From Mangrovibacterium sp. (GTDB lineage: Bacteria > Bacteroidota > Bacteroidia > Bacteroidales > Prolixibacteraceae): a stretch of DNA of 64,000 nucleotides. Below the pieces are notes generated by a model. It saw nothing but the letters and a program-made list of their open reading frames with translations, was not told the DNA's origin and did not search any database. The first letter of the stretch is position 1. Every line of letters starts with the position of its first letter. Position numbers and translations under genes: made by a program. The stretch is taken from NCBI GenBank assembly GCA_050173895.1, contig JBFXKJ010000001.1:12732-76731 (forward strand), read 5' to 3'. Below are positions 10,640 through 18,256 of the stretch, piece by piece.

Positions 10640-11473
10640 TCAGCTACCCCGCTGGCCTTTATGTCCTTTAAAAATCCCGTTGTTTTTAACCATATCGGCA
10701 AAAACGTCAGGGTTGTCGAGATTAATCATATCAATGTTATACGACAGTGCCTTGCGGTAGGCTTCCCAGTCATTCCCGGAGACATAAGGCATCACTTTCA
10801 TGTTTTTGCTGTGGCACGCCCGGATAAATTCGTCTGATAAATCGTCAACCGAACACTCGATGATCTGCGGATTGTAGATGGTTTTTAATGAGTCGAGCGC
10901 CGCTGCGGAGGAAGCATTTACTTTTAAACCCAGTTCCGGGTACAATTCCCGGAATTTTTTTGTCCGCTCCCAATCAGAGAACCAGAAGAAGCATTCTTTT
11001 TCCATTCCCAGTTCAATAACTTCAGGAACAAAGTCCTCCGGGTCGGTATTTTTCATGTCGAAATAAATCTTTGCCTTTCCCTTGATCCATTTCAGGTACT
11101 CAAGAAGCCGCGGCACCTTTTCTCCGGCAAATTCATGCCCGAACCAGCTGCCGGCATCGAGTGTGTCGATCGCGGCCGATGCTGTTTCTGAAAGCAGCCC
11201 CGAACCGTTGGTGGTCCGGTCGAGCATCTGATCATGGAGACTGTAAAAAACACCGTCCTTACTGCGGCGCACATCTACTTCAACATAAGCTGCGCCCGAT
11301 TTAATGGCTTTTGTTGCTGAAGCGTAGGTGTTTTCCGGAGCCAGCCGGTTTGCACCCCGGTGGCAGACCATCTGAATGCCTGTGGCATTTCTTTCCGGAT
11401 GTTCTGCAGAGCAGGAAAAGAACACGAGAAGAATACATATTGAGAACAGCGAAATCTTGTTAAAGGTGTTCAT
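10640..11473 (-). CDS. Glycerophosphodiester phosphodiesterase family lipoprotein
   Basis: GDPD catalytic motifs HRGA...PENT and EVDV are present. The N-terminus looks like a lipoprotein signal (LLVFFSCSAEH). Confidence 0.8.
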   Translation of the reverse strand: MNTFNKISLFSICILLVFFSCSAEHPERNATGIQMVCHRGANRLAPENTYASATKAIKSGAAYVEVDVRRSKDGVFYSLHDQMLDRTTNGSGLLSETASAAIDTLDAGSWFGHEFAGEKVPRLLEYLKWIKGKAKIYFDMKNTDPEDFVPEVIELGMEKECFFWFSDWERTKKFRELYPELGLKVNASSAAALDSLKTIYNPQIIECSVDDLSDEFIRACHSKNMKVMPYVSGNDWEAYRKALSYNIDMINLDNPDVFADMVKNNGIFKGHKGQRGS

Positions 11474-11537
11474 ACTTATATCCGTTTAGTTTTATTCAGA
11501 AACTGATTCTACGATAAATGGTTGATGAACTACGTAG

Positions 11538-11564
11538 GAAGGTTTGTCTTCGCGACAAACCTTC
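11538..11564 (-). terminator. 11-bp stem / 5-nt loop hairpin (GAAGGTTTGTC-TTCGC-GACAAACCTTC), a possible bidirectional terminator
   Basis: A perfect inverted repeat read directly from the sequence. A T-rich tract follows on the plus strand only, so function and orientation are uncertain. Confidence 0.3.
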
Positions 11565-11583
11565 TTAATTTTTAGCCTGGGTA

Positions 11584-11745
11584 CTATCCGGGAATATTTC
11601 CATTCACGGAATAAATAACCTGCAACTCATCCCAGAACTGCTGGTTCTCCTTTTTCCGGATCCATTCATCAACGAGAGGATCCGGTGCGGTTTCCTTGTC
11701 CATTAAGTGGTGCAAGAGTAGATTCCATGGGATCTGATCTTTCAT
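11584..11745 (-). pseudogene. FecR-family anti-sigma factor, N-terminal fragment only (53 codons)
   Basis: The ATG at 11745 gives MKDQIPWNLLLHHLMDKETAPDPLVDEWIRKKENQQFWDELQVIY..., which is colinear with the cytoplasmic N-termini of Bacteroidota FecR proteins. The frame stops long before the transmembrane and periplasmic domains. Confidence 0.6.
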
Positions 11746-11818
11746 AGGAGTTCCGGTTTCAGTAACAAGTAACCTGTGACACAGAAATCCCCCAATGATT
11801 TTAAAAAAAAGCCGGCAA

Positions 11819-11944
11819 CTATTTAAGGTGGTGTACATAAAGATTGACGAAATTACATAAATCAGTATAGTATTTTTCAAAAAAACACCGAAAGGCATTT
11901 CTGTCTCCTTCGATCATTTTCTGAGCGATAAATAGCTCGTCCAT
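11819..11944 (-). pseudogene. ECF sigma-70 factor, N-terminal fragment only (41 codons)
   Basis: Hand translation gives MDELFIAQKMIEGDRNAFRCFFEKYYTDLCNFVNLYVHHLK-stop. It matches the region 2.1 pattern (GD..AF..FF.KYY..L..F) of ECF sigmas. It lies 73 nt upstream of the FecR fragment. Confidence 0.6.
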
Positions 11945-12126
11945 GTTTATCTGAGGATCCAAAGTTTAGGTTTTCAACAAATTTAATAATTTTATGAAAC
12001 GTGTGGCAAGTGGTTCAGCGATTCGAATGACTGATGCGCATCCGCGCGTTTAAGGTAGCCAATATCAATGTTCAGCCACATCCGATCCGACGAACAACGG
12101 ATACTGATAAATGATAACTTTGTTTT

Positions 12127-12168
12127 GGTCATTCCCTGCCGGCTTGAAAAAGCCGGCAGGGAATGACC
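12127..12168. repeat. Perfect 19-bp inverted repeat with a GAAA loop
   Basis: The sequence is GGTCATTCCCTGCCGGCTT-GAAA-AAGCCGGCAGGGAATGACC, 31 nt upstream of the sulfatase ATG. There is no flanking T-run. Confidence 0.7.
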
Positions 12169-12199
12169 AGGGGCAATGTGAAACGCAAAACGATCTGAC

Positions 12200-13648
12200 A
12201 TGAACCGGAAAAAAGACGCAATCCTGGTGTTTAACGGAAGCCTGCTGGCACTGCTGGCTGTCGCTTCCTGCACATCATACGGAAAAACTGCCGGCTCTGA
12301 AGGGAGGCCGAATATTATTCTGATCAATATTGACGATATGGGCTGGAGGGATGTCGGGTTCATGGGATCGGAATATTACGAAACGCCCAACCTCGACAGG
12401 CTGGCCAGGCAGGGAATCATTTTCACCCAGGCTTATGCGGCAGCGGCAAACTGTGCACCCAGCAGGGCATGCCTGATGAGCGGGCAATGGACGCCCCGGC
12501 ACGGCATTTATACAGTCGATTCCTCAGCACGTGGCAAAAGCCGCGACCGCAAACTTATTCCCACGCCGAATAATACGACCCTTCCGGAAGAACAGGTAAC
12601 CCTCGCTGAAGCGCTTCAGGCTGCCGGTTATACAACATGCATTGCAGGGAAATGGCACCTGAGCGACAATCCGCTTAGCCAGGGATTTGATGTCAACATT
12701 GGCGGTTGCCATGCCGGAAGTCCCGGGAGCTACTATCCTCCTTACACCAAGGTACCGTTGGAAGCACCCTCCTCCGATTATTGCCTGACCGATCTGATCA
12801 TGGACAAGACGCTGGAATTTGTGGATTCAGTGAAGAGCCGGCCTTTTTTTCTATACTATTCGCCTTATGCTGTACACACGCCGATTCATCCGGTGAAGAA
12901 ATTGCTGACGAAATATGAGAAAAAACCGGTCTGGAACGGACAGGAAAATGCCGGCTATGCCACGATGGTCGAAAACCTGGATACGCAGGTCGGGAGGTTA
13001 ATTCGCTTGTTGGAAAAGTCGGGGAAACTGGAAAATACCTTTATTCTGTTCACATCGGACAATGGCGGCCATTATGGTATTACCAGGCAGCTGCCCCTGC
13101 GTTCGGGCAAAGGTGCCTATTATGAAGGTGGCATCCGGGAGCCGATGTTTGTTTTCTGGAAAGGAAAAATTAAACCAGGTACCAGGACAGAGGTTCCGGC
13201 GACGAACCTCGATTTTTATCCAACCTTGCTTGATGTGGCGGGAGTGGAAAAGCCTGCCGGCAAATTGCTGGACGGACAAAGCCTGATGCCCGTTTTAACC
13301 GGAACAGGATCATTGGAAGGGCGCCCGCTATTCTGGCATTTCCCGATCTATCTGCAGGCTTATATGAAGAAGGGCGATCCGACGCAGGATCCCTTGTTCC
13401 GGACCCGCCCCGGATCGGCCGTGCGTTTGGGTGACTGGAAGTTAATTCAGTATTTCGAGAACAATGATCTTGAACTATACAATTTGAAGGAAGACATTGG
13501 CGAAAAAAATAACCTGGCAAAATCGAATGCCGAAAAGACCAAAGAGCTTCTGTCGCTGTTGAATGAATGGCGGTCAAAAACCAATGCGCCGGTTCCGGAC
13601 GAACTGAATCCCGGATTCGACCCGCGGCCGGAATCTTCCAGTTGGTAA
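12200..13648 (+). CDS. Cys-type sulfatase (arylsulfatase A family), lipoprotein-like signal
   Basis: The formylglycine motif CAPSRACLMSG is present along with the N-terminal metal-binding motif NIDDMG. The signal is LLAVASCTS. Confidence 0.85.
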   Translation: MNRKKDAILVFNGSLLALLAVASCTSYGKTAGSEGRPNIILINIDDMGWRDVGFMGSEYYETPNLDRLARQGIIFTQAYAAAANCAPSRACLMSGQWTPRHGIYTVDSSARGKSRDRKLIPTPNNTTLPEEQVTLAEALQAAGYTTCIAGKWHLSDNPLSQGFDVNIGGCHAGSPGSYYPPYTKVPLEAPSSDYCLTDLIMDKTLEFVDSVKSRPFFLYYSPYAVHTPIHPVKKLLTKYEKKPVWNGQENAGYATMVENLDTQVGRLIRLLEKSGKLENTFILFTSDNGGHYGITRQLPLRSGKGAYYEGGIREPMFVFWKGKIKPGTRTEVPATNLDFYPTLLDVAGVEKPAGKLLDGQSLMPVLTGTGSLEGRPLFWHFPIYLQAYMKKGDPTQDPLFRTRPGSAVRLGDWKLIQYFENNDLELYNLKEDIGEKNNLAKSNAEKTKELLSLLNEWRSKTNAPVPDELNPGFDPRPESSSW

Positions 13649-13845
13649 GCGTCTAAAGGCGATGACATATAATACGTAGATTGCAGTTGGTTAAATTAAA
13701 AATACAAACATATGAAACGAGCATGGAAGCCGCGGTATCCGCCCGAGCCAATGTTTATAGGCGAGTTCCATACGTCGATGTCCTATAGAAAAGTGATGTA
13801 GTTTAGTACGCAAATTATACACAGCTAATTTGAAATGAAAAACAT

Positions 13846-15963
13846 ATGAAACCCAGTCAAGTGATCATTTCGTCGCTGGCGCTCGGAACGATCTTTAGTT
13901 CCGGTGCTGCAGGAGAGAGCAAACAAACGCAGGTTGCAAAACCGCAACAGCCAAACATCCTTTTTATTTTAGTTGATGATATGGGATATGGCGATCTGGG
14001 TGCTCTGTTTCAAAATCAGCGTGCAAAGGCCAACGATCGAAGCGAACCATGGGAGTTGTCACCTAACCTGGATAAAATGGCTTCCGAAGGTGTTTTGTTG
14101 TCTCAACAATATTGTGCGGCTCCGGTTTGCGCACCCTCACGCGCGTCCCTGTTGCTTGGAGTAAGCCAGGGGCATGCTAACGTCAGAGACAATCAGTTCG
14201 ATAAAGCCCTGGAAAACAACCATACCATTGCTTCTGCCTTGCACGAAATTGGTTATTCAACCGCTGCTTTTGGCAAATGGGGATTGCAGGGCAGTGACCG
14301 CTGGGACGAAAACGGTTCTGAATGGCCGGCGCATCCGCTAAACCGGGGATTTGACTATTTTCTGGGATACATGCGCCATTCGGATGGGCATGAACATTAT
14401 CCCCGGGAAGGCGTGTACCGGGGGAAGAAAGAAGTATGGGAAAACCGGACAAACATTGCGGCCGGCCTGGATAAGTGCTATACGGCCGACTTATGGACGG
14501 CCGCTGCGAAACGTTGGATCGTTCAACATGAGAAGGGACCGGATTCTGAGAAGCCATTCTTCATTTATCTTGCCTTTGACACGCCCCATGCTGTTTTGGA
14601 ATTGCCCACGCAGGCCTATCCCCGGGGTGCAGGCCTTAGGGGAGGAATGCAATGGACCGGGAAAAAAGGAGAGATGATCAGCACGGCATCCGGAACAGTC
14701 GATAGTTGGGTTCATCCTGATTACGCCGGGGCCACCTGGGATGATGACAAGGATCCTTCAACGCCGGAAGTTGCATGGCCGGAAGTATATAAGCGCTATG
14801 CCACCGCAACAAGACGCGTCGACAGTGCTGTGGGCGACATCATGCAATTGTTGAAAGACCTGAATATTGACGACAATACGATCATCGTGTTTACTTCAGA
14901 TAACGGACCTTCCAGAGAATCGTATCTTCCGGAGCAATACCGGCCCAATACGCCCGATTTCTTCAATAGTTTCGGACCCTTTGACGGAATTAAACGCGAC
15001 TGCTGGGAGGGAGGCGTACGAATGCCAGTAATTGCCCGCTGGCCCGGACATATCCGCGCGGGAGAAGAAATCAGATCTGCCAGTGCTTCGTACGACTGGG
15101 CACCTACTTTTCTGGATGCAGCCGGTGTTCCGGCTCCCGCCCGGCTGGACGGTGTCTCCTTGTTGCCATCGCTCACGGGCAAGGGAGATCAGCAGGATCC
15201 TGTCGTTTACGTGGAATATCATGTAGGCGGGAGAACTCCGGCATACGCTGAGTTTGATCCGTCACATCAGGGAAGAAAGCAAAATCAAATGCAAAAGATC
15301 CGAATGGGAAATTTTGTAGGGGTGAGGTACGATATTCAGTCGGCCAATGATGACTTCGAAATTTACGACGTCAGCAAAGATCCGCAGGAAATTAACAACC
15401 TGGCGCGGAACCCCGGAATGGACACCTTGCAGCAATGGATGAAAGCCAAAGTGCTGCAGGTACGCCGGCCCAATTCAACAGCCCCGAGGCCTTATGACCA
15501 TGAAAACATCCCTGCCGTCAGCGCCAGGAAAACGACCGCGGGCATTCACTGGTCAGCCTATGAAGGCGATTTTCCCTGGGTTCCGCAAGTAATCACCCTG
15601 AAACCATCGGCTTCCGGAACAACAGGAAAACCAGATGTTGGTGTCAGCAGGTCAAACGGTAATTTTGCCATGCTTTTCGAGGGGTACCTGAACATTCCTG
15701 AGGACGGGGAATATACTTTTTACCTTACTGCTGGTCATGGCGCACTGATGCGGATTCACGAAGCGACCCTGATCTGTGCCGATTTCGGCTACACTCCAGG
15801 GGAAGAAAAGCAGGCACCGATTAATCTGAAGGCTGGTCTCCATCCTTTCCGGATTTATTATCTGGGGAAAGCCAGCGAAAAACAATCGCTGGAGTTGAAG
15901 TGGAGCGGTCCGGGTATTGAAAAAGAAACTGTTCCGGAAGATGCATTCTGTTATGCGGAATGA
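13846..15963 (+). CDS. Cys-type sulfatase with a C-terminal PA14-like carbohydrate-binding domain
   Basis: Contains VDDMGYGD and CAPSRASLLLG. The C-terminal ~140 aa (YEGDF...GEYTFYL...GLHPFRIYY...LELKWSGPG) resemble a PA14 domain. Confidence 0.8.
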   Translation: MKPSQVIISSLALGTIFSSGAAGESKQTQVAKPQQPNILFILVDDMGYGDLGALFQNQRAKANDRSEPWELSPNLDKMASEGVLLSQQYCAAPVCAPSRASLLLGVSQGHANVRDNQFDKALENNHTIASALHEIGYSTAAFGKWGLQGSDRWDENGSEWPAHPLNRGFDYFLGYMRHSDGHEHYPREGVYRGKKEVWENRTNIAAGLDKCYTADLWTAAAKRWIVQHEKGPDSEKPFFIYLAFDTPHAVLELPTQAYPRGAGLRGGMQWTGKKGEMISTASGTVDSWVHPDYAGATWDDDKDPSTPEVAWPEVYKRYATATRRVDSAVGDIMQLLKDLNIDDNTIIVFTSDNGPSRESYLPEQYRPNTPDFFNSFGPFDGIKRDCWEGGVRMPVIARWPGHIRAGEEIRSASASYDWAPTFLDAAGVPAPARLDGVSLLPSLTGKGDQQDPVVYVEYHVGGRTPAYAEFDPSHQGRKQNQMQKIRMGNFVGVRYDIQSANDDFEIYDVSKDPQEINNLARNPGMDTLQQWMKAKVLQVRRPNSTAPRPYDHENIPAVSARKTTAGIHWSAYEGDFPWVPQVITLKPSASGTTGKPDVGVSRSNGNFAMLFEGYLNIPEDGEYTFYLTAGHGALMRIHEATLICADFGYTPGEEKQAPINLKAGLHPFRIYYLGKASEKQSLELKWSGPGIEKETVPEDAFCYAE

Positions 15964-15983
15964 CAAAATCGGAGTTGTACAGG

Positions 15984-16736
15984 TCATTTAGCTTTTCGTA
16001 ACAAGGCCAGTACCCCGTTTATAAAGGTGAGCGGATGCACCGGGTTGCCGGGTATATACAGGTCGACCGGATATCTGGAGAGAAAGCTGCGGTCGAGCGC
16101 CTCGCTGTCGGCAAAAATACCGCCGCTGATGGCATCGGTACCGGCCAGGATTACCAGCTTCGGATCAGGGACTGCCTGATAGCAGATCTCGAGTGCCCTG
16201 GCCATGTTTACGGTGATAGGACCGGTGATGACGATGCCGTCGGCGTGCCGCGGCGATGCCACAAAATCGATCCCGAACCGGCTCATATCGAACTGGACAT
16301 TGTTTGCGGCATTCAGCTCCCATTCGCAACTGTTGTCGCCGCCCGCCGATACCTGCCGGAGCTTCAGCGAGTGGCCGAACAACCGGTGAATTTCTTTGCG
16401 CACCCGTGCAGCGTCAAGCTTAACCGGTTGCCCGTCGCCTTCAGCAATAATTAATCGGCTTCGGTGGTTCGTCGAAAGTTTATAGTCGGTGGTAAAACGG
16501 ACCTTGTCCGGAAACTGAACAGCACATTCGCCGCAGAAGGTACATTTTCCCAGGTCGATCCGTACGGGACTCACCGCAATAGCCTGAGTCGGGCAAATTT
16601 CAGCCAGTGCTGCTTCATCCACGCTTTCTCTTGAAATGACCGGCCGTCCGCGGAAAATACCCGGCACTTTGGCTGTTGTCACATCAGGAATGAACTGCTT
16701 GCCCTGATGCCATAAGATTTTGATATTGTCGATCAT
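15984..16736 (-). CDS. Ferredoxin-domain / NuoB-HycG-like 'small subunit' fusion with degenerate cluster ligands
   Basis: The N-terminus has ICPTQAI...CTFCGECAVQFP. The C-terminal part is colinear with NuoB/HycG (RFGIDFVASPRHADGIVITGPIT, PDPKLVILAG, PVDLYIPG). Confidence 0.75.
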   Translation of the reverse strand: MIDNIKILWHQGKQFIPDVTTAKVPGIFRGRPVISRESVDEAALAEICPTQAIAVSPVRIDLGKCTFCGECAVQFPDKVRFTTDYKLSTNHRSRLIIAEGDGQPVKLDAARVRKEIHRLFGHSLKLRQVSAGGDNSCEWELNAANNVQFDMSRFGIDFVASPRHADGIVITGPITVNMARALEICYQAVPDPKLVILAGTDAISGGIFADSEALDRSFLSRYPVDLYIPGNPVHPLTFINGVLALLRKAK

Positions 16737-16749
16737 GATGCTTTCAGTT

Positions 16750-18252
16750 TTAGAGGTCGTGCCCGCAGTACGATAAATTAAAGCTTTTGTTGCAGATAGG
16801 GAAGTCGGATATTTCGTTGTTCCTGACTGCCTGGGCCAGCGCCATCCAGTTGTGATGCGAAGGATCCTTGATCTTATAAACGATCAGATCGCCTTGCTGA
16901 CCGGTGACCGCACAATGGCAGATTTCGCCCCGCCAGCCTTCCACCAGCGAAAGCGTAAAAGTCTCCTTGCCGGGCGAAAGACTGAAATTTTCAGGTTTTT
17001 TAAATTCCGGTATGTCGCTGATCAGCTTGCGGGCATAACCAATCGACTGCAGGATTTCTTCTTTTCTGATCTGCGCCCGGGAATACACGTCGCCGTGATG
17101 CTTGATCACCGGCGAATGATTAATTGCAATGCCATACAGGTCGTGCGGATGCGACAAGCGGATGTCGCGGTTCAGGCCGCTCATCCGGGCGGCCATCCCC
17201 ACCGTGCCGATCCCGCAAACCTGCTCATAGCTGACCACTCCGGTCTTCTCCATTCGTGACAGCGCGCTGGGCAGCTTAAAGAGTTTCCTGCTCATCTCGG
17301 TAAAGTCAGCTTCGTAGGTCTCCAGCACGGTATTCAGCCTTGCCGCGAGTTCGGCAGAAAAAGGATAATTGATCTTTCCGGCCCTGATCAATCCTTTCGA
17401 CAACCGGTTGCCACCCCATTCCTGCATGAAATTGATGATCGGCGTACGCAGCCGCCCAAAGACGGCATTGCCTAACTGATAGGCAATATCGGCGCAAATA
17501 GCCGAAAGGTCGCCTGTATGGATGGCAATACGTTCCAGTTCGAGGGCCAGGGTGCGGGCAAATTTCAGTGACCGGTCAGGTTCGTACCCGCAGAGGCTTT
17601 CCCACAGGTTTACAAAGGCTGTGGTATGTCCAACAGTGGTGTCGCCGGCAATGTTTTCAGCCAGGGTAGTGCGTTCCAAAAGCTTTTTCTTTTGCAGGAA
17701 CAGCTGTTCGATGCCCCGGTGCTGATAACCTAACTGGATCTCCAGATGCATGATCTGCTCCCCGTTGCAGATGAAGCGGAAATGTCCCGGCTCGATCACT
17801 CCCGCGTGGATCGGACCCACGCCGACTTCATGGAGTTCTTCGCTTTCGGCCCGGCAGAACGGATAATTTTCCGCCTTTTCGGCCGTGTCAGCCCTGTTTT
17901 GCGCATACCGCACCGGTTTTAACCAGGGATGGTCGCTGTACAGAATCCCGAAGTTTTCATGAATCTCCCGTTCGAATTTTTCAAAATTCGTGTTTTGGGC
18001 CGTCAGGGAGGCCAGGGTAGTCCTGGCATCAACAACAGTGGAAGAGATCAGGATTTCATGCCGGAGATCATCGGCGATACAACAAATGAGCCTGATCCGG
18101 CCGGCGTCGCTGTAACCGAAATAGTTCACGCAATGTCTCTCCGGACCGCTTTTCATCAGGTCAAGATTGGCTTCCATGAACAGCCGGTAGGGATGTTCGG
18201 GAATATCCTTTAAGGCAATCGGCTGATTATTATGAATGGGAATATACAACAT
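16750..18252 (-). CDS. Fused NuoC-NuoD / HycE-like 'large subunit' lacking the N-terminal [NiFe] CxxC
   Basis: FEREIHENFGI marks the NuoC-like part. GPIHAGVIEPGHFRF...LGYQHRGIEQL is the group 4 hydrogenase/NuoD signature. The L1 position reads ENIAGDTTVGH and the C-terminus reads NLSYCGHDL. Confidence 0.8.
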   Translation of the reverse strand: MLYIPIHNNQPIALKDIPEHPYRLFMEANLDLMKSGPERHCVNYFGYSDAGRIRLICCIADDLRHEILISSTVVDARTTLASLTAQNTNFEKFEREIHENFGILYSDHPWLKPVRYAQNRADTAEKAENYPFCRAESEELHEVGVGPIHAGVIEPGHFRFICNGEQIMHLEIQLGYQHRGIEQLFLQKKKLLERTTLAENIAGDTTVGHTTAFVNLWESLCGYEPDRSLKFARTLALELERIAIHTGDLSAICADIAYQLGNAVFGRLRTPIINFMQEWGGNRLSKGLIRAGKINYPFSAELAARLNTVLETYEADFTEMSRKLFKLPSALSRMEKTGVVSYEQVCGIGTVGMAARMSGLNRDIRLSHPHDLYGIAINHSPVIKHHGDVYSRAQIRKEEILQSIGYARKLISDIPEFKKPENFSLSPGKETFTLSLVEGWRGEICHCAVTGQQGDLIVYKIKDPSHHNWMALAQAVRNNEISDFPICNKSFNLSYCGHDL

Positions 18253-18256
18253 GGCA

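Noticed and set aside
11992-12363. A 123-aa minus-strand ORF spanning the hairpin and the sulfatase 5' end.
   Set aside because: It overlaps the sulfatase signal-peptide region in antisense and reads through the 19-bp palindrome. I recognised no family in it.
13711-13800. A small plus-strand ORF (MKRAWKPRYPPEPMFIGEFHTSMSYRKVM) between the two sulfatases.
   Set aside because: It is 29 codons long with no recognisable motif and I cannot assess conservation. That is not enough evidence to call a gene.
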